Below, piece by piece: positions 26,050-34,596 of a DNA stretch of 60,546 nucleotides. A program made the translations under genes and the position numbers. The number at the start of each line of letters is the position of its first letter. The first letter of the stretch is position 1. The stretch comes from a virus. Taxonomy: Duplodnaviria > Caudoviricetes. The notes beneath the pieces were generated by a model. The model had not been told where the DNA came from, made no database searches, and saw nothing but the letters and a program-made list of their open reading frames with translations. The stretch spans positions 1 to 60,546 of IMG/VR virus record IMGVR_UViG_3300030101_000172. One strand, 5' to 3'.

Positions 26050-27147
26050 ATGACTAACAATTCAGCAGTGCAGATGTATGCACAATCAATCGATCAAGTA
26101 ACCAATGCTATTAAGCAAGGTGGTCACTTACGAACTGTCCTAGTGCAAGGTCACATGGGTACGGGTAAATCTTCTATCTTGTCTAACTTGGCAAAAGAAC
26201 TTACCACACATACACCATGCTACTTTGATTGCACGACCAAAGACTTGGGTGACATTACGATACCAAAGCTAAACATGTTAGACGGCTCGGACTACGTTGC
26301 CTTTGCTACTAACGAAGAACTTGGTGTCCATCTCAACAAGCCTATCATTCTAATGATTGATGAGTATGGCAAGTCCAATCCATCGGTCAAGAATGCAATG
26401 CTACGATTGATGCTCGAACGTAAGATTGGTGGCTACACTTTGCACAAAGACAGTATCGTGTTTGCTACGACCAACTTGGGTGCAGAGGGTGTAGGTGACT
26501 TGTTACCACCACATTCACGTAATCGTATCACTATCGTTACCATGAAGAAACCTACCAACACAGAGTGGATAGAGTGGGGCATCAACAATGGTATCGACCC
26601 TACGTTGCTTGGTTGGTGTAAGGATAATCCACAGTTGTTTCATTCTTTCGAGGATGTCAAGAACCCCGAAGACAACGTGTATATCTACCACCCCAAGGCA
26701 CAGAGATCATCGTTCTTTACACCACGTTCTGCCGAGGCTTGCAGTGACTGGCTCAAATCCAGGGAACACCTCGATGACCACACACTAACGAGTTTACTCA
26801 TGGGTACTATTGGTGAGCGTGGAGCTATGGACTTGATGGCATTTGTCAAACTGGCAGACCAACTGCCTACACTTGAGAGTATCAAGAAAGAGCCTAAGAC
26901 TGCCAAGATACCTACGAGTGCAAGTGCTGTGTGCATGGTGGTTTACCGAACACTGGCATCAATAGAACGAGACTGGGTCAACGCTTGGATGGACTACCTT
27001 GTCAGACTAGACAAAGAGGCACAAGGCATGTTCGCCAATGGTGTACGTGTTCCCAAGTATGCCAAGCAGACACTTGTTATGACAAACAAGAAGTTCACAG
27101 ACTGGGCAGTGCAGAACAACTACATGTTCGCATCAGATAAGAAGTAA
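26050..27147 (+). CDS. MoxR-like AAA+ ATPase
   Basis: Walker A GHMGTGKS, Walker B LMIDE, sensor ATTN and putative arginine finger RNR. Confidence 0.85.
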   Translation: MTNNSAVQMYAQSIDQVTNAIKQGGHLRTVLVQGHMGTGKSSILSNLAKELTTHTPCYFDCTTKDLGDITIPKLNMLDGSDYVAFATNEELGVHLNKPIILMIDEYGKSNPSVKNAMLRLMLERKIGGYTLHKDSIVFATTNLGAEGVGDLLPPHSRNRITIVTMKKPTNTEWIEWGINNGIDPTLLGWCKDNPQLFHSFEDVKNPEDNVYIYHPKAQRSSFFTPRSAEACSDWLKSREHLDDHTLTSLLMGTIGERGAMDLMAFVKLADQLPTLESIKKEPKTAKIPTSASAVCMVVYRTLASIERDWVNAWMDYLVRLDKEAQGMFANGVRVPKYAKQTLVMTNKKFTDWAVQNNYMFASDKK

Positions 27148-27154
27148 CCAAAAA

Positions 27155-27173
27155 CGTTAGTGTAACACTAACA
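27155..27173. promoter_or_regulatory. 19-bp palindrome, copy 8, abutting the RBS
   Basis: CGTTAGTG-TAA-CACTAACA followed by GAAAGGAG. Confidence 0.8.
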
Positions 27174-27186
27174 GAAAGGAGTAACT

Positions 27187-28431
27187 ATGTTAAGCATAGG
27201 AAAAGAACTTACCACTGAGCAACGATTGTCCAAGGCAGTCGTTGACATCATGGGTAATCCAAAGTATGTCGCACTTGCAGGCATACTCATGATTGGCGAG
27301 AGGACAGTCAGCGATGGCGTACCAACTGCCTGCACCGATGGTGTCAATGAGATATATGGTAGGGCATTTACAGATAGTATCCCCGATGCACAACTACGTG
27401 GTGTGGTGTTGCACGAGAACTATCACAAGTTGTACAGACACCTTATCACATGGCGACACTTGTACGAGGAAGATGCAGAACTTGCCAATCGTGCATGTGA
27501 CTATGTTATCAATCTCAAGATTTACGATGACAACAAGCATGACAACTTTGCAGTTCTACCACCAATGGTTTGTCTTGACGAGCAGTTCCGAGATATGGAC
27601 ACGGCACAAGTGTTCAATATTCTCAAGAAGAAATATCGTGGTAAGCAACCACAACCCGATGGTCAACAACCGAACGGTGGATCTGGTAATGGTCAACCAA
27701 CACAAGGCGACTCGTTACCACAAGGTTTCGATCAACATGACTGGGAAGGTGCTGAGTCAATGAGTGAGCAAGACAAACGAGAACTTGCCAAGGACATTGA
27801 CGAGGCTATTCGACAAGGTGCATTGATTGCAGGCAAGATGGGTAGTGGTGGCGATCGTGACCTTGACGAACTGCTCAAACCACAGATCGATTGGCGAGAG
27901 GTGTTACGAGAGTTCATCACGTCCACATGTGCAGGCAGTGACTACTCTACGTGGCAACGACCTAACAGACGATTCGTATCTATCGGTGCATATATGCCGA
28001 GTGGTATATCGGAGAAAGTGGGGGAACTCGTTATCGCTATCGACACAAGTGGTTCGATCGGTCAACTAGAACTCACTGCTTTTTTATCCGAGGTACAATC
28101 GATCTGCGATACTGTGTCACCCGATAAGGTACGACTACTCTATTGGGACACACAAATCTGTCAAGACGAGAAGTACGAGATGCACGAGATCGATACCTTG
28201 GTCGAGTCCACCAAGCCACAAGGTGGTGGTGGCACTATGGTCGAGTGTGTACCCGATCACATAACGAGTGAGGGTATCAAACCTCAAGCATGTATCGTGC
28301 TGACCGATGGCTATCTAGGTGGCAGTTGGGGTTCGTGGTCTTGTCCAGTGCTATGGTGTATCATGGACAACGAGCAAGCCAATCCGACTGTCGGTAAAAC
28401 TGTTCACATAAAAGGAAGGAGTATATTATGA
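27187..28431 (+). CDS. Metallopeptidase-like + VWA domain protein (DUF2201-like)
   Basis: TACTDG, HExxH (LHENYH), a Gln/Gly linker, MIDAS motif IDTSGSI, GGGGT and LTDGY. Confidence 0.85.
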   Translation: MLSIGKELTTEQRLSKAVVDIMGNPKYVALAGILMIGERTVSDGVPTACTDGVNEIYGRAFTDSIPDAQLRGVVLHENYHKLYRHLITWRHLYEEDAELANRACDYVINLKIYDDNKHDNFAVLPPMVCLDEQFRDMDTAQVFNILKKKYRGKQPQPDGQQPNGGSGNGQPTQGDSLPQGFDQHDWEGAESMSEQDKRELAKDIDEAIRQGALIAGKMGSGGDRDLDELLKPQIDWREVLREFITSTCAGSDYSTWQRPNRRFVSIGAYMPSGISEKVGELVIAIDTSGSIGQLELTAFLSEVQSICDTVSPDKVRLLYWDTQICQDEKYEMHEIDTLVESTKPQGGGGTMVECVPDHITSEGIKPQACIVLTDGYLGGSWGSWSCPVLWCIMDNEQANPTVGKTVHIKGRSIL

Positions 28432-28622
28432 CACGTTATCAGAACAGCCAAATGATAGAGGTAGAGGAAGAGTTCTACGGCTATCTAAACAACGATGGTA
28501 TGACCAACGAGCAAGCCATCGTTAAGATCAAAGAGAATCATGGAGAACATTGGGAAGAATATATCCGTGATGTAATAGCAAGAGAAGTAACAACAATTAA
28601 CAACATAAAGGAGAAGTTCTAA
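28428..28622 (+). CDS. Hypothetical protein
   Basis: AAGGAG RBS, coupled to neighbours on both sides. Confidence 0.65.
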   Translation: MTRYQNSQMIEVEEEFYGYLNNDGMTNEQAIVKIKENHGEHWEEYIRDVIAREVTTINNIKEKF

Positions 28623-29779
28623 TGTACGGAGTATCACAGTATGGCATGTCTAGGTTTGGTCTAAACTGCTTTGAGCAGGTGGAGGCTTGTTACAACAATA
28701 CCAAACCAATCATCAGTAAAAATCAAACGTTGCAACACGATATACGACCTATCGGTGACAGAGGTAGAAAGCATGAGCGTATCGCTAAAGTTTCCGATAC
28801 TTGTTACATGTTACTCAATGGCGAGTTAGGTGACAATATGACATGGTATTACAAGTATGAGGATAACCACCAACTCCATACTATCCAAGATGTTAGTGCA
28901 ACACTAACATTTGCACCAGTAGTGTGGACTAGGCATGATGGCTACGACACGATACGTATTCGTAATGGGTCGGGTCACTATGCTCACAACTCTAGGTACT
29001 CGTTCTTATCAAGATGTTTACCTAGTGATATGCACGCTATCATTGGCGATGGTAAGCAGTACGTAGTCTATGAGGGTGTGAGGTATCTCTTACCCAAGAG
29101 TATGTGGTTTCCAAACAACTACTACAATACTCAAAATGGTTTGAAGAAAGATGACGAGCATTACCTAGTGTTTAGGAGAGATCATGCAGATAATCTCAGT
29201 GATACCAAGTTCAAACTTACTGGTAACAAGTTTACGTGGCATGCCAAACGTTATGGTGTGGATGTGGCAACTAAGAACAAGTACAAGTCACAGATCAACG
29301 AACTGTGGGACTACATGTGTACAGTTGCACCTATGTTCAACAATATCTTTGGTGGCAGGGACAGAGGTAGCAGTGGTAACTATTACCAAGAACAATGGCA
29401 AACACGACAACTCAAGTACAAAGCTAAACGTGAGGCACTCAACGAGGGTCGTGAGGAAGTGCAGAACTATGTGGAGAATGTTCTTAACATACCACAAGAG
29501 AGAGTTCACTACATGCGTGATAGTCAGATATACCAAGACTCGCCATGGAAACATGCTCATTTCCCAGTGCCTTTGATAGAGCAGATACTGGCTGATGACC
29601 AACACCCCATGCGTCTTAACTTGGTAAGAGATATTATCAATGACATGGAAGACATAGTGGACTGTCAAGACAAGCAAGAGGCATCGAAGATACGTTCGCA
29701 GTACAATCGATGGTTTAACAAGCACATGGGTTTCACAAAACTTGTGGCTGATGAACACATAACAAAGGAGGAAGTGTAA
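28622..29779 (+). CDS. Early hypothetical protein (385 aa)
   Basis: AAAGGAG RBS and TAATG coupling. Confidence 0.8.
   Translation: MYGVSQYGMSRFGLNCFEQVEACYNNTKPIISKNQTLQHDIRPIGDRGRKHERIAKVSDTCYMLLNGELGDNMTWYYKYEDNHQLHTIQDVSATLTFAPVVWTRHDGYDTIRIRNGSGHYAHNSRYSFLSRCLPSDMHAIIGDGKQYVVYEGVRYLLPKSMWFPNNYYNTQNGLKKDDEHYLVFRRDHADNLSDTKFKLTGNKFTWHAKRYGVDVATKNKYKSQINELWDYMCTVAPMFNNIFGGRDRGSSGNYYQEQWQTRQLKYKAKREALNEGREEVQNYVENVLNIPQERVHYMRDSQIYQDSPWKHAHFPVPLIEQILADDQHPMRLNLVRDIINDMEDIVDCQDKQEASKIRSQYNRWFNKHMGFTKLVADEHITKEEV
28891..28909. promoter_or_regulatory. 19-bp palindrome, copy 9 (inside a CDS)
   Basis: TGTTAGTG-CAA-CACTAACA. Confidence 0.8.
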
Positions 29780-30804
29780 TGACTAATAAGATATCGTATT
29801 GGAAAAGATACAAGGACAACTATGCACGAGTGTCTCTTATCAAACCATGGGTCGAGGGAGACCTATCGACAAAACCTGCTGTGTGGAAAACAAACCAAGA
29901 AACTTTAGAACAGTTTGTGCAGCAGTTGAGTAAAGAACTACGTGGTGTTAAGTTTACACGTAGGAGAGATGACTCTTACTGGATATACAGAGATGATAAC
30001 CCATACGTGATGGGTTGGGTAGGGAGAGGTCTTAACTTCCTATCCACCACCACGAGTGATGATTATCTGTTTTGTGTATGTGCTAGGACTATCAACAACT
30101 GGAAGTACAACGATGGTAGTTGGCAACACTATGCCAAGATGTCAACGAAATGGGACAAAGCAATGAAGAATGCTAAAACTTATTTACGTGTGATGTCACC
30201 TCACGACATGGCATACATAAATCAAGATCGCATCGTGCAATCATTGGGTAATATCACTCGACAAGAGGAGAACAAGTTGGGTAATCTTTACAAGTCTTTG
30301 TTCAACTCTGTGCAAGAAAGCTATGACTACATTAGAAAGTTCAAGGCTAATCGTGCCAAGGAACATACTGTGTTACAGTTCATGCACAAGATATACACAG
30401 AGAAACGTGAGTTGTTGGAAGACGATCCCGACTTTCTCAAAACATACGAGGACTTCCTTGCACAAGAGCAACAACTGAGTGAAGCCCTGAAGAAACAACA
30501 CAAGGTGTACCACATACGTGTTTACGAAGATGCTTTCAAAGTTAGGAAGTTTGATGTAACATTTATTGGTAATGCAGAGGGAGGCACACTTGGCACAAGT
30601 CAACCGATAGAGGATATGAGTCTGTCACCCAAGGTGGTGCTTGATGATAGCACGTTACCCGAAGACTTGTTGGGTAAGGTATCTGTGTTAACAATGTTAG
30701 ACGAGGGAGGGTTTGTCGATGAAGTTGGCTACAAAATTGATTCCACGATGTTTTATGTCATCACGGAAAGAGACTTCCACATCTCATCAGATACCACACG
30801 ATAA
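29779..30804 (+). CDS. Early hypothetical protein (341 aa)
   Basis: AAGGAGG RBS. C-terminal LPEDLLGKVSVLTML...VDEVGYK. Confidence 0.8.
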   Translation: MTNKISYWKRYKDNYARVSLIKPWVEGDLSTKPAVWKTNQETLEQFVQQLSKELRGVKFTRRRDDSYWIYRDDNPYVMGWVGRGLNFLSTTTSDDYLFCVCARTINNWKYNDGSWQHYAKMSTKWDKAMKNAKTYLRVMSPHDMAYINQDRIVQSLGNITRQEENKLGNLYKSLFNSVQESYDYIRKFKANRAKEHTVLQFMHKIYTEKRELLEDDPDFLKTYEDFLAQEQQLSEALKKQHKVYHIRVYEDAFKVRKFDVTFIGNAEGGTLGTSQPIEDMSLSPKVVLDDSTLPEDLLGKVSVLTMLDEGGFVDEVGYKIDSTMFYVITERDFHISSDTTR

Positions 30805-31042
30805 CAAGATATATCGTGTTTCAATAGACAATGGTAGCAAATGTGTTAAAATAACACCGATTGGTATCAATGGTATTGACAACCAAGCAGAGGGTTGGTA
30901 TGATTCTGTTGATGTACTACCTAGATGGGTGCAAGAGAAGATGGCATTACTTATGATGTCTGATGCTCAACCACCTATCTACGAAGTGGATGACGTAGGC
31001 AAAAGGATTAACAACGATATCTTTTGGATATATCATCCGTAA
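30755..31042 (+). CDS. Hypothetical protein related to the C-terminus of the upstream gene
   Basis: LPRWVQEKMALLMM...VDDVGKR. The start is uncertain; the ORF is open from 30713. Confidence 0.65.
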   Translation: MSSRKETSTSHQIPHDNKIYRVSIDNGSKCVKITPIGINGIDNQAEGWYDSVDVLPRWVQEKMALLMMSDAQPPIYEVDDVGKRINNDIFWIYHP

Positions 31043-31051
31043 CAATTAAAA

Positions 31052-31070
31052 TGTTAGTGTGGCACTAACA
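31052..31070. promoter_or_regulatory. 19-bp palindrome, copy 10
   Basis: TGTTAGTG-TGG-CACTAACA. Confidence 0.8.
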
Positions 31071-31089
31071 GTTTTGGGAAACCTTAATT

Positions 31090-31108
31090 TGTTAGTGTCG
31101 CACTAACA
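31090..31108. promoter_or_regulatory. 19-bp palindrome, copy 11
   Basis: TGTTAGTG-TCG-CACTAACA. Confidence 0.8.
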
Positions 31109-31278
31109 TTGAAACCAGTTTTTTTGGGAGGTTAAAATGAGACAAACAATAACCAAGAGAATATGCAATTTGATTTTAAAGTATTGTTATAATGATATTT
31201 CTAAAGTGCAACACATAAAATGTTTCTGCGATAAAATTTTAAAAGATAAAGAGACACAATCAGATTGGGAAACAAGTA

Positions 31279-31509
31279 ATGGATAAGCACAGTAGACGAA
31301 GAGCAAGTATAAGAGATTTGCAAAGACGATTAGAAATTAGAAACTCGAAGAGGACACCTAAAGAGTTAGATATGCACGAGAGGTTTGAAGATGACCCAAG
31401 AGCATTGAAAGAAATAGAATATGGTAGAGTGGTGCGAAAGCCTACAACACCTATGAGTGGTGGGTCTACATTAGGCACAGTAGAGTTTGAAAATAAAAAA
31501 TGGTCATGA
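31279..31509 (+). CDS. Hypothetical protein
   Basis: Co-oriented and overlapping the next gene. Confidence 0.55.
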   Translation: MDKHSRRRASIRDLQRRLEIRNSKRTPKELDMHERFEDDPRALKEIEYGRVVRKPTTPMSGGSTLGTVEFENKKWS

Positions 31510-31814
31510 CACCCGAACAGAAAGTAAAGAAGAAAGTTGTGGCACAACTAAAAGAAATGGGTGCATATTACTTTACACCCATGACTGGTGGTTATGGTTA
31601 CAGTGGTGTACCCGACATAGTGGGGTGTTACAAAGGATATTTCTTTGGTATAGAGTGTAAGGCAAAGGGGAGCAACGAGCCTACACCATTACAGCAAAAG
31701 AACTTAGAACAAATACTGGAGCAAGGAGGCTATGCCGTTGTCATACATGGTGAAAACGTAGACAAGGTCAGTATTAAAGATTTAATAGAAACGTATAGGT
31801 TAGGTAAGCAATGA
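31500..31814 (+). CDS. VRR-NUC domain nuclease
   Basis: TPEQKVK...GVPDIVGC...FFGIECKA...PTPLQ PD-(D/E)XK pattern. Confidence 0.88.
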   Translation: MVMTPEQKVKKKVVAQLKEMGAYYFTPMTGGYGYSGVPDIVGCYKGYFFGIECKAKGSNEPTPLQQKNLEQILEQGGYAVVIHGENVDKVSIKDLIETYRLGKQ

Positions 31815-31949
31815 GAGCCTTTATATCCATTGCAGTAGAGGCGATGCTTTTTTTTGATAAGCTCCTTTCTGTCGTGACTCTACCATTGAAGAATGTAAAA
31901 CTAGTCCCCCTTTGCGAACCCAACAATTTTGTTGGGAGGGGGCATTATT

Positions 31950-32321
31950 ATGAGTAAATATATAAGGAGCAAAAGATTACAGTTTCATAATCATCATGCA
32001 CATGAAGAGAAGATAGATATATCTCCTTACCACGTTGACAATTACAGACATTCTTGCAGGGAGGTCAGCACACGGTGCATACGGTGTGGCACGTTACCAC
32101 GTACCATAGGAGAGGGGATACATTTTTCTTGTAGTTTATTTGTGAAGTGTGACGATTGTTATGCGATCGAGTCGCACTCATACGAAAACCACGAGGGATT
32201 TAATTGGTTGTTTATGGATAATGATTTGAAACAAAAGACTGGAGAGGCAAGATCATTATCATTATTTAACAGATATAAAAAAGAGAAAAAGGAGGAAGAT
32301 GATGACGATAGTATGTATTAA
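31950..32321 (+). CDS. Hypothetical Cys-rich protein
   Basis: CIRC and CDDC pairs. GGAGG upstream of ATG 31950. Confidence 0.55.
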   Translation: MSKYIRSKRLQFHNHHAHEEKIDISPYHVDNYRHSCREVSTRCIRCGTLPRTIGEGIHFSCSLFVKCDDCYAIESHSYENHEGFNWLFMDNDLKQKTGEARSLSLFNRYKKEKKEEDDDDSMY

Positions 32322-32460
32322 TTGTGGAGGTGTTGTCAGACACACCGAAGGTGTAGCAATGTGCGTTTCATGTGGTCAGTACGAACTGCCTTTCGATCAA
32401 ACTATAATAGATGCAGAGGTACAAGAGCAGATGGAAAAAGACGATGCAGAAACCGAATAG
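32302..32460 (+). CDS. 52-aa zinc-ribbon protein
   Basis: AAGGAGG RBS. MTIVCINCGG...MCVSCGQ with an acidic tail. Translated by hand. Confidence 0.65.
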   Translation: MTIVCINCGGVVRHTEGVAMCVSCGQYELPFDQTIIDAEVQEQMEKDDAETE

Positions 32461-32755
32461 AATAGATTTATTAAAAAGAGCCATAGAATATACAGATGGC
32501 GATAGACGCACGGACTATGGCAGTCCTATTGAAAACCACGAACACATTGCGATGATATTTAATTCTATCACAGGTAAACGACTTTCAGCAAAAGACATTG
32601 CGTTGGTGCAGGTAGCAACCAAGTTAGCTAGAATGACATCATCTCCCAAGAAAGACGATCACTATATAGATGCAATGGCTTACATAGGTATAGCTTACGA
32701 ATGCGAAGAAGATATAAGACGTGATGGTGGTCGTTACTTTTACGAGGACAAGTGA
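32444..32755 (+). CDS. DUF6378-like protein
   Basis: GDRRTDYGSPIENHEHIA...KLAR...DDHYIDAMAY. Start placed at ATG 32444. Confidence 0.7.
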   Translation: MQKPNRIDLLKRAIEYTDGDRRTDYGSPIENHEHIAMIFNSITGKRLSAKDIALVQVATKLARMTSSPKKDDHYIDAMAYIGIAYECEEDIRRDGGRYFYEDK

Positions 32756-34596
32756 TGGATTTAATTACGTTAGACTTTGAAACATATTACAGCAAAGATT
32801 ATTCTTTGGGTAAACTCACAACAGAAGAATACATACGTGACCCAAGGTTTGAGGTCATTGGTGTTGGTATAAAACTAAACGATAAAGAAACGGAGTGGGC
32901 GAGTGGAACACATAAACAACTTAGAGAGTACTTACAAACGAACTTCCCCTGGGCAAACGCTATGGTACTTGCTCATAACACTATGTTTGACGGTGCTATT
33001 CTTAATTGGGTCTTTGATATTAGTCCTAGGGTGTATACCGATACTTTGTGTATCTCCCGTGGTTTTCACGGGGTGGAAGATAGCAGTAGTCTCAAGGCGA
33101 TATCTGAAAGATATAATCTCGGAGTTAAAGGCACAGAGGTATTCGAGGCGATCGGCAAGAAGAGAGAGGACTTTACGGAAAGTGAACTAAGTGCTTACGG
33201 AGATTACTGTGTTAATGATGTTGATCTCACATATAAAGCGTTCTTGCACATGGCAAAAGATTTTCCCAAGAGTGAATTAAAGTTAATAGATTTAACTTTG
33301 AGGATGTTTGTAGAGCCAGTATTAGATTTAGATCTAGGTATGCTCGAACAACACCTTGCAGAAACACGTTATGAGAAAGAGTCATTACTACAACAATGTG
33401 CTGTCATGGGTGTGTCAAAAGATGATTTGATGAGCAACCCTAAGTTTGCAGAAGCACTGAGGCGTTTGGGTGTAGAGCCACCTATGAAGATAAGTCCTAC
33501 AACTGGACAAGAAACATTAGCATTGGCTAAGTCTGATGAAGACTTCAAGTCTTTGGCAGAACACGAGAACCCACAAGTAAAAATTTTAGTCAATGCTAGA
33601 CTTGGTAACAAATCAACCTTGGAAGAAACAAGGACACAGAGATTTATTGACATATCAAAGAGAGGATTACTGCCAGTGCCAGTAAGATACTATGCCGCTC
33701 ATACTGGTAGATGGGGTGGTGACGATAAGATAAATTTACAAAACTTACCGAGTCGTGGCAAGAATGGTAAGAAACTAAAACGTAGTATCATTGCACCAAA
33801 GGGTTACACTATCATAGATGCTGACTCATCACAGATAGAGGCTAGAGTCTTGGCTTGGCTTGCAGGGCAAGATGATTTGACCGAGGCATTTGCCAATGGT
33901 GAAGATGTTTATGTAAACATGGCATCAAAGATATATAACAAACCCGAAGAAGAGATAACAAAGGATGAGAGGTTTGTAGGTAAGACAACAATACTGGGTG
34001 CAGGGTATGGCATGGGTGCTTTGAAGTTTCAGTCACAACTACAGACTTTTGGCTTTGACATGCAGATTGAAGAAGCACGGAGGGTCATAGGTGTTTATCG
34101 TGATACTAACTGGAAGATAAACAAGTTATGGCGTGATGCTCAAGACGTGCTACGGGCCCTGTACAACAAAGAACACCCAACACTCTTGGGATGTGGTGAA
34201 GTCTTGGAGACTGTGCCAAAAGAGAATGGTATACGTTTACCATCGGGATTGATGATGAGATACGGAGACTTGGCTTGTGAACAAAGTGATGGCAGAGTTG
34301 AATACAATTACAGAACTAGGAATGGTAGAACTCGTATCTATGGTGGTAAAGTTATAGAGAATGTATGCCAAGCTATAGCTAGATGTATTATAGGTGAGCA
34401 GATGCTCAAGATAAATAAAAGACACCGTGTCGTGTTAACAGTACATGACTCTATAGCTGCATGCGTAAAAGATGAAGAAATCAAAGAGGCACAGACTTAT
34501 GTAGAGGAGTGTATGAAGTGGACACCTGACTGGGCAAGAGGTTTACCGATCAACTGCGAATCGGGTGTGGGTAAATCATACGGAGATTGTGAATGA
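32752..34596 (+). CDS. polA: Family A DNA polymerase with 3'-5' exonuclease domain
   Basis: Exo I LDFET, Exo II AHNTMFD, motif A DSSQIEARVLA, motif B RFVGKTTILGAGYG, motif C TVHDS. Confidence 0.95.
   Translation: MMDLITLDFETYYSKDYSLGKLTTEEYIRDPRFEVIGVGIKLNDKETEWASGTHKQLREYLQTNFPWANAMVLAHNTMFDGAILNWVFDISPRVYTDTLCISRGFHGVEDSSSLKAISERYNLGVKGTEVFEAIGKKREDFTESELSAYGDYCVNDVDLTYKAFLHMAKDFPKSELKLIDLTLRMFVEPVLDLDLGMLEQHLAETRYEKESLLQQCAVMGVSKDDLMSNPKFAEALRRLGVEPPMKISPTTGQETLALAKSDEDFKSLAEHENPQVKILVNARLGNKSTLEETRTQRFIDISKRGLLPVPVRYYAAHTGRWGGDDKINLQNLPSRGKNGKKLKRSIIAPKGYTIIDADSSQIEARVLAWLAGQDDLTEAFANGEDVYVNMASKIYNKPEEEITKDERFVGKTTILGAGYGMGALKFQSQLQTFGFDMQIEEARRVIGVYRDTNWKINKLWRDAQDVLRALYNKEHPTLLGCGEVLETVPKENGIRLPSGLMMRYGDLACEQSDGRVEYNYRTRNGRTRIYGGKVIENVCQAIARCIIGEQMLKINKRHRVVLTVHDSIAACVKDEEIKEAQTYVEECMKWTPDWARGLPINCESGVGKSYGDCE

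Noticed and set aside
23042-31108. 19-bp palindromes as N4-type hairpin promoters or as recombinase sites
   Set aside because: The 3-nt centre is unconstrained, no virion RNA polymerase motif was recognised, and a sigma70 promoter is present. A variable 3-bp core does not fit tyrosine (6-8 bp) or serine (2 bp) recombinase sites, and no recombinase was seen.
31109-31278. tRNA or other known ncRNA in the intergenic gaps
   Set aside because: No cloverleaf or T-loop (GTTCGA) pattern was recognised here or in other gaps.
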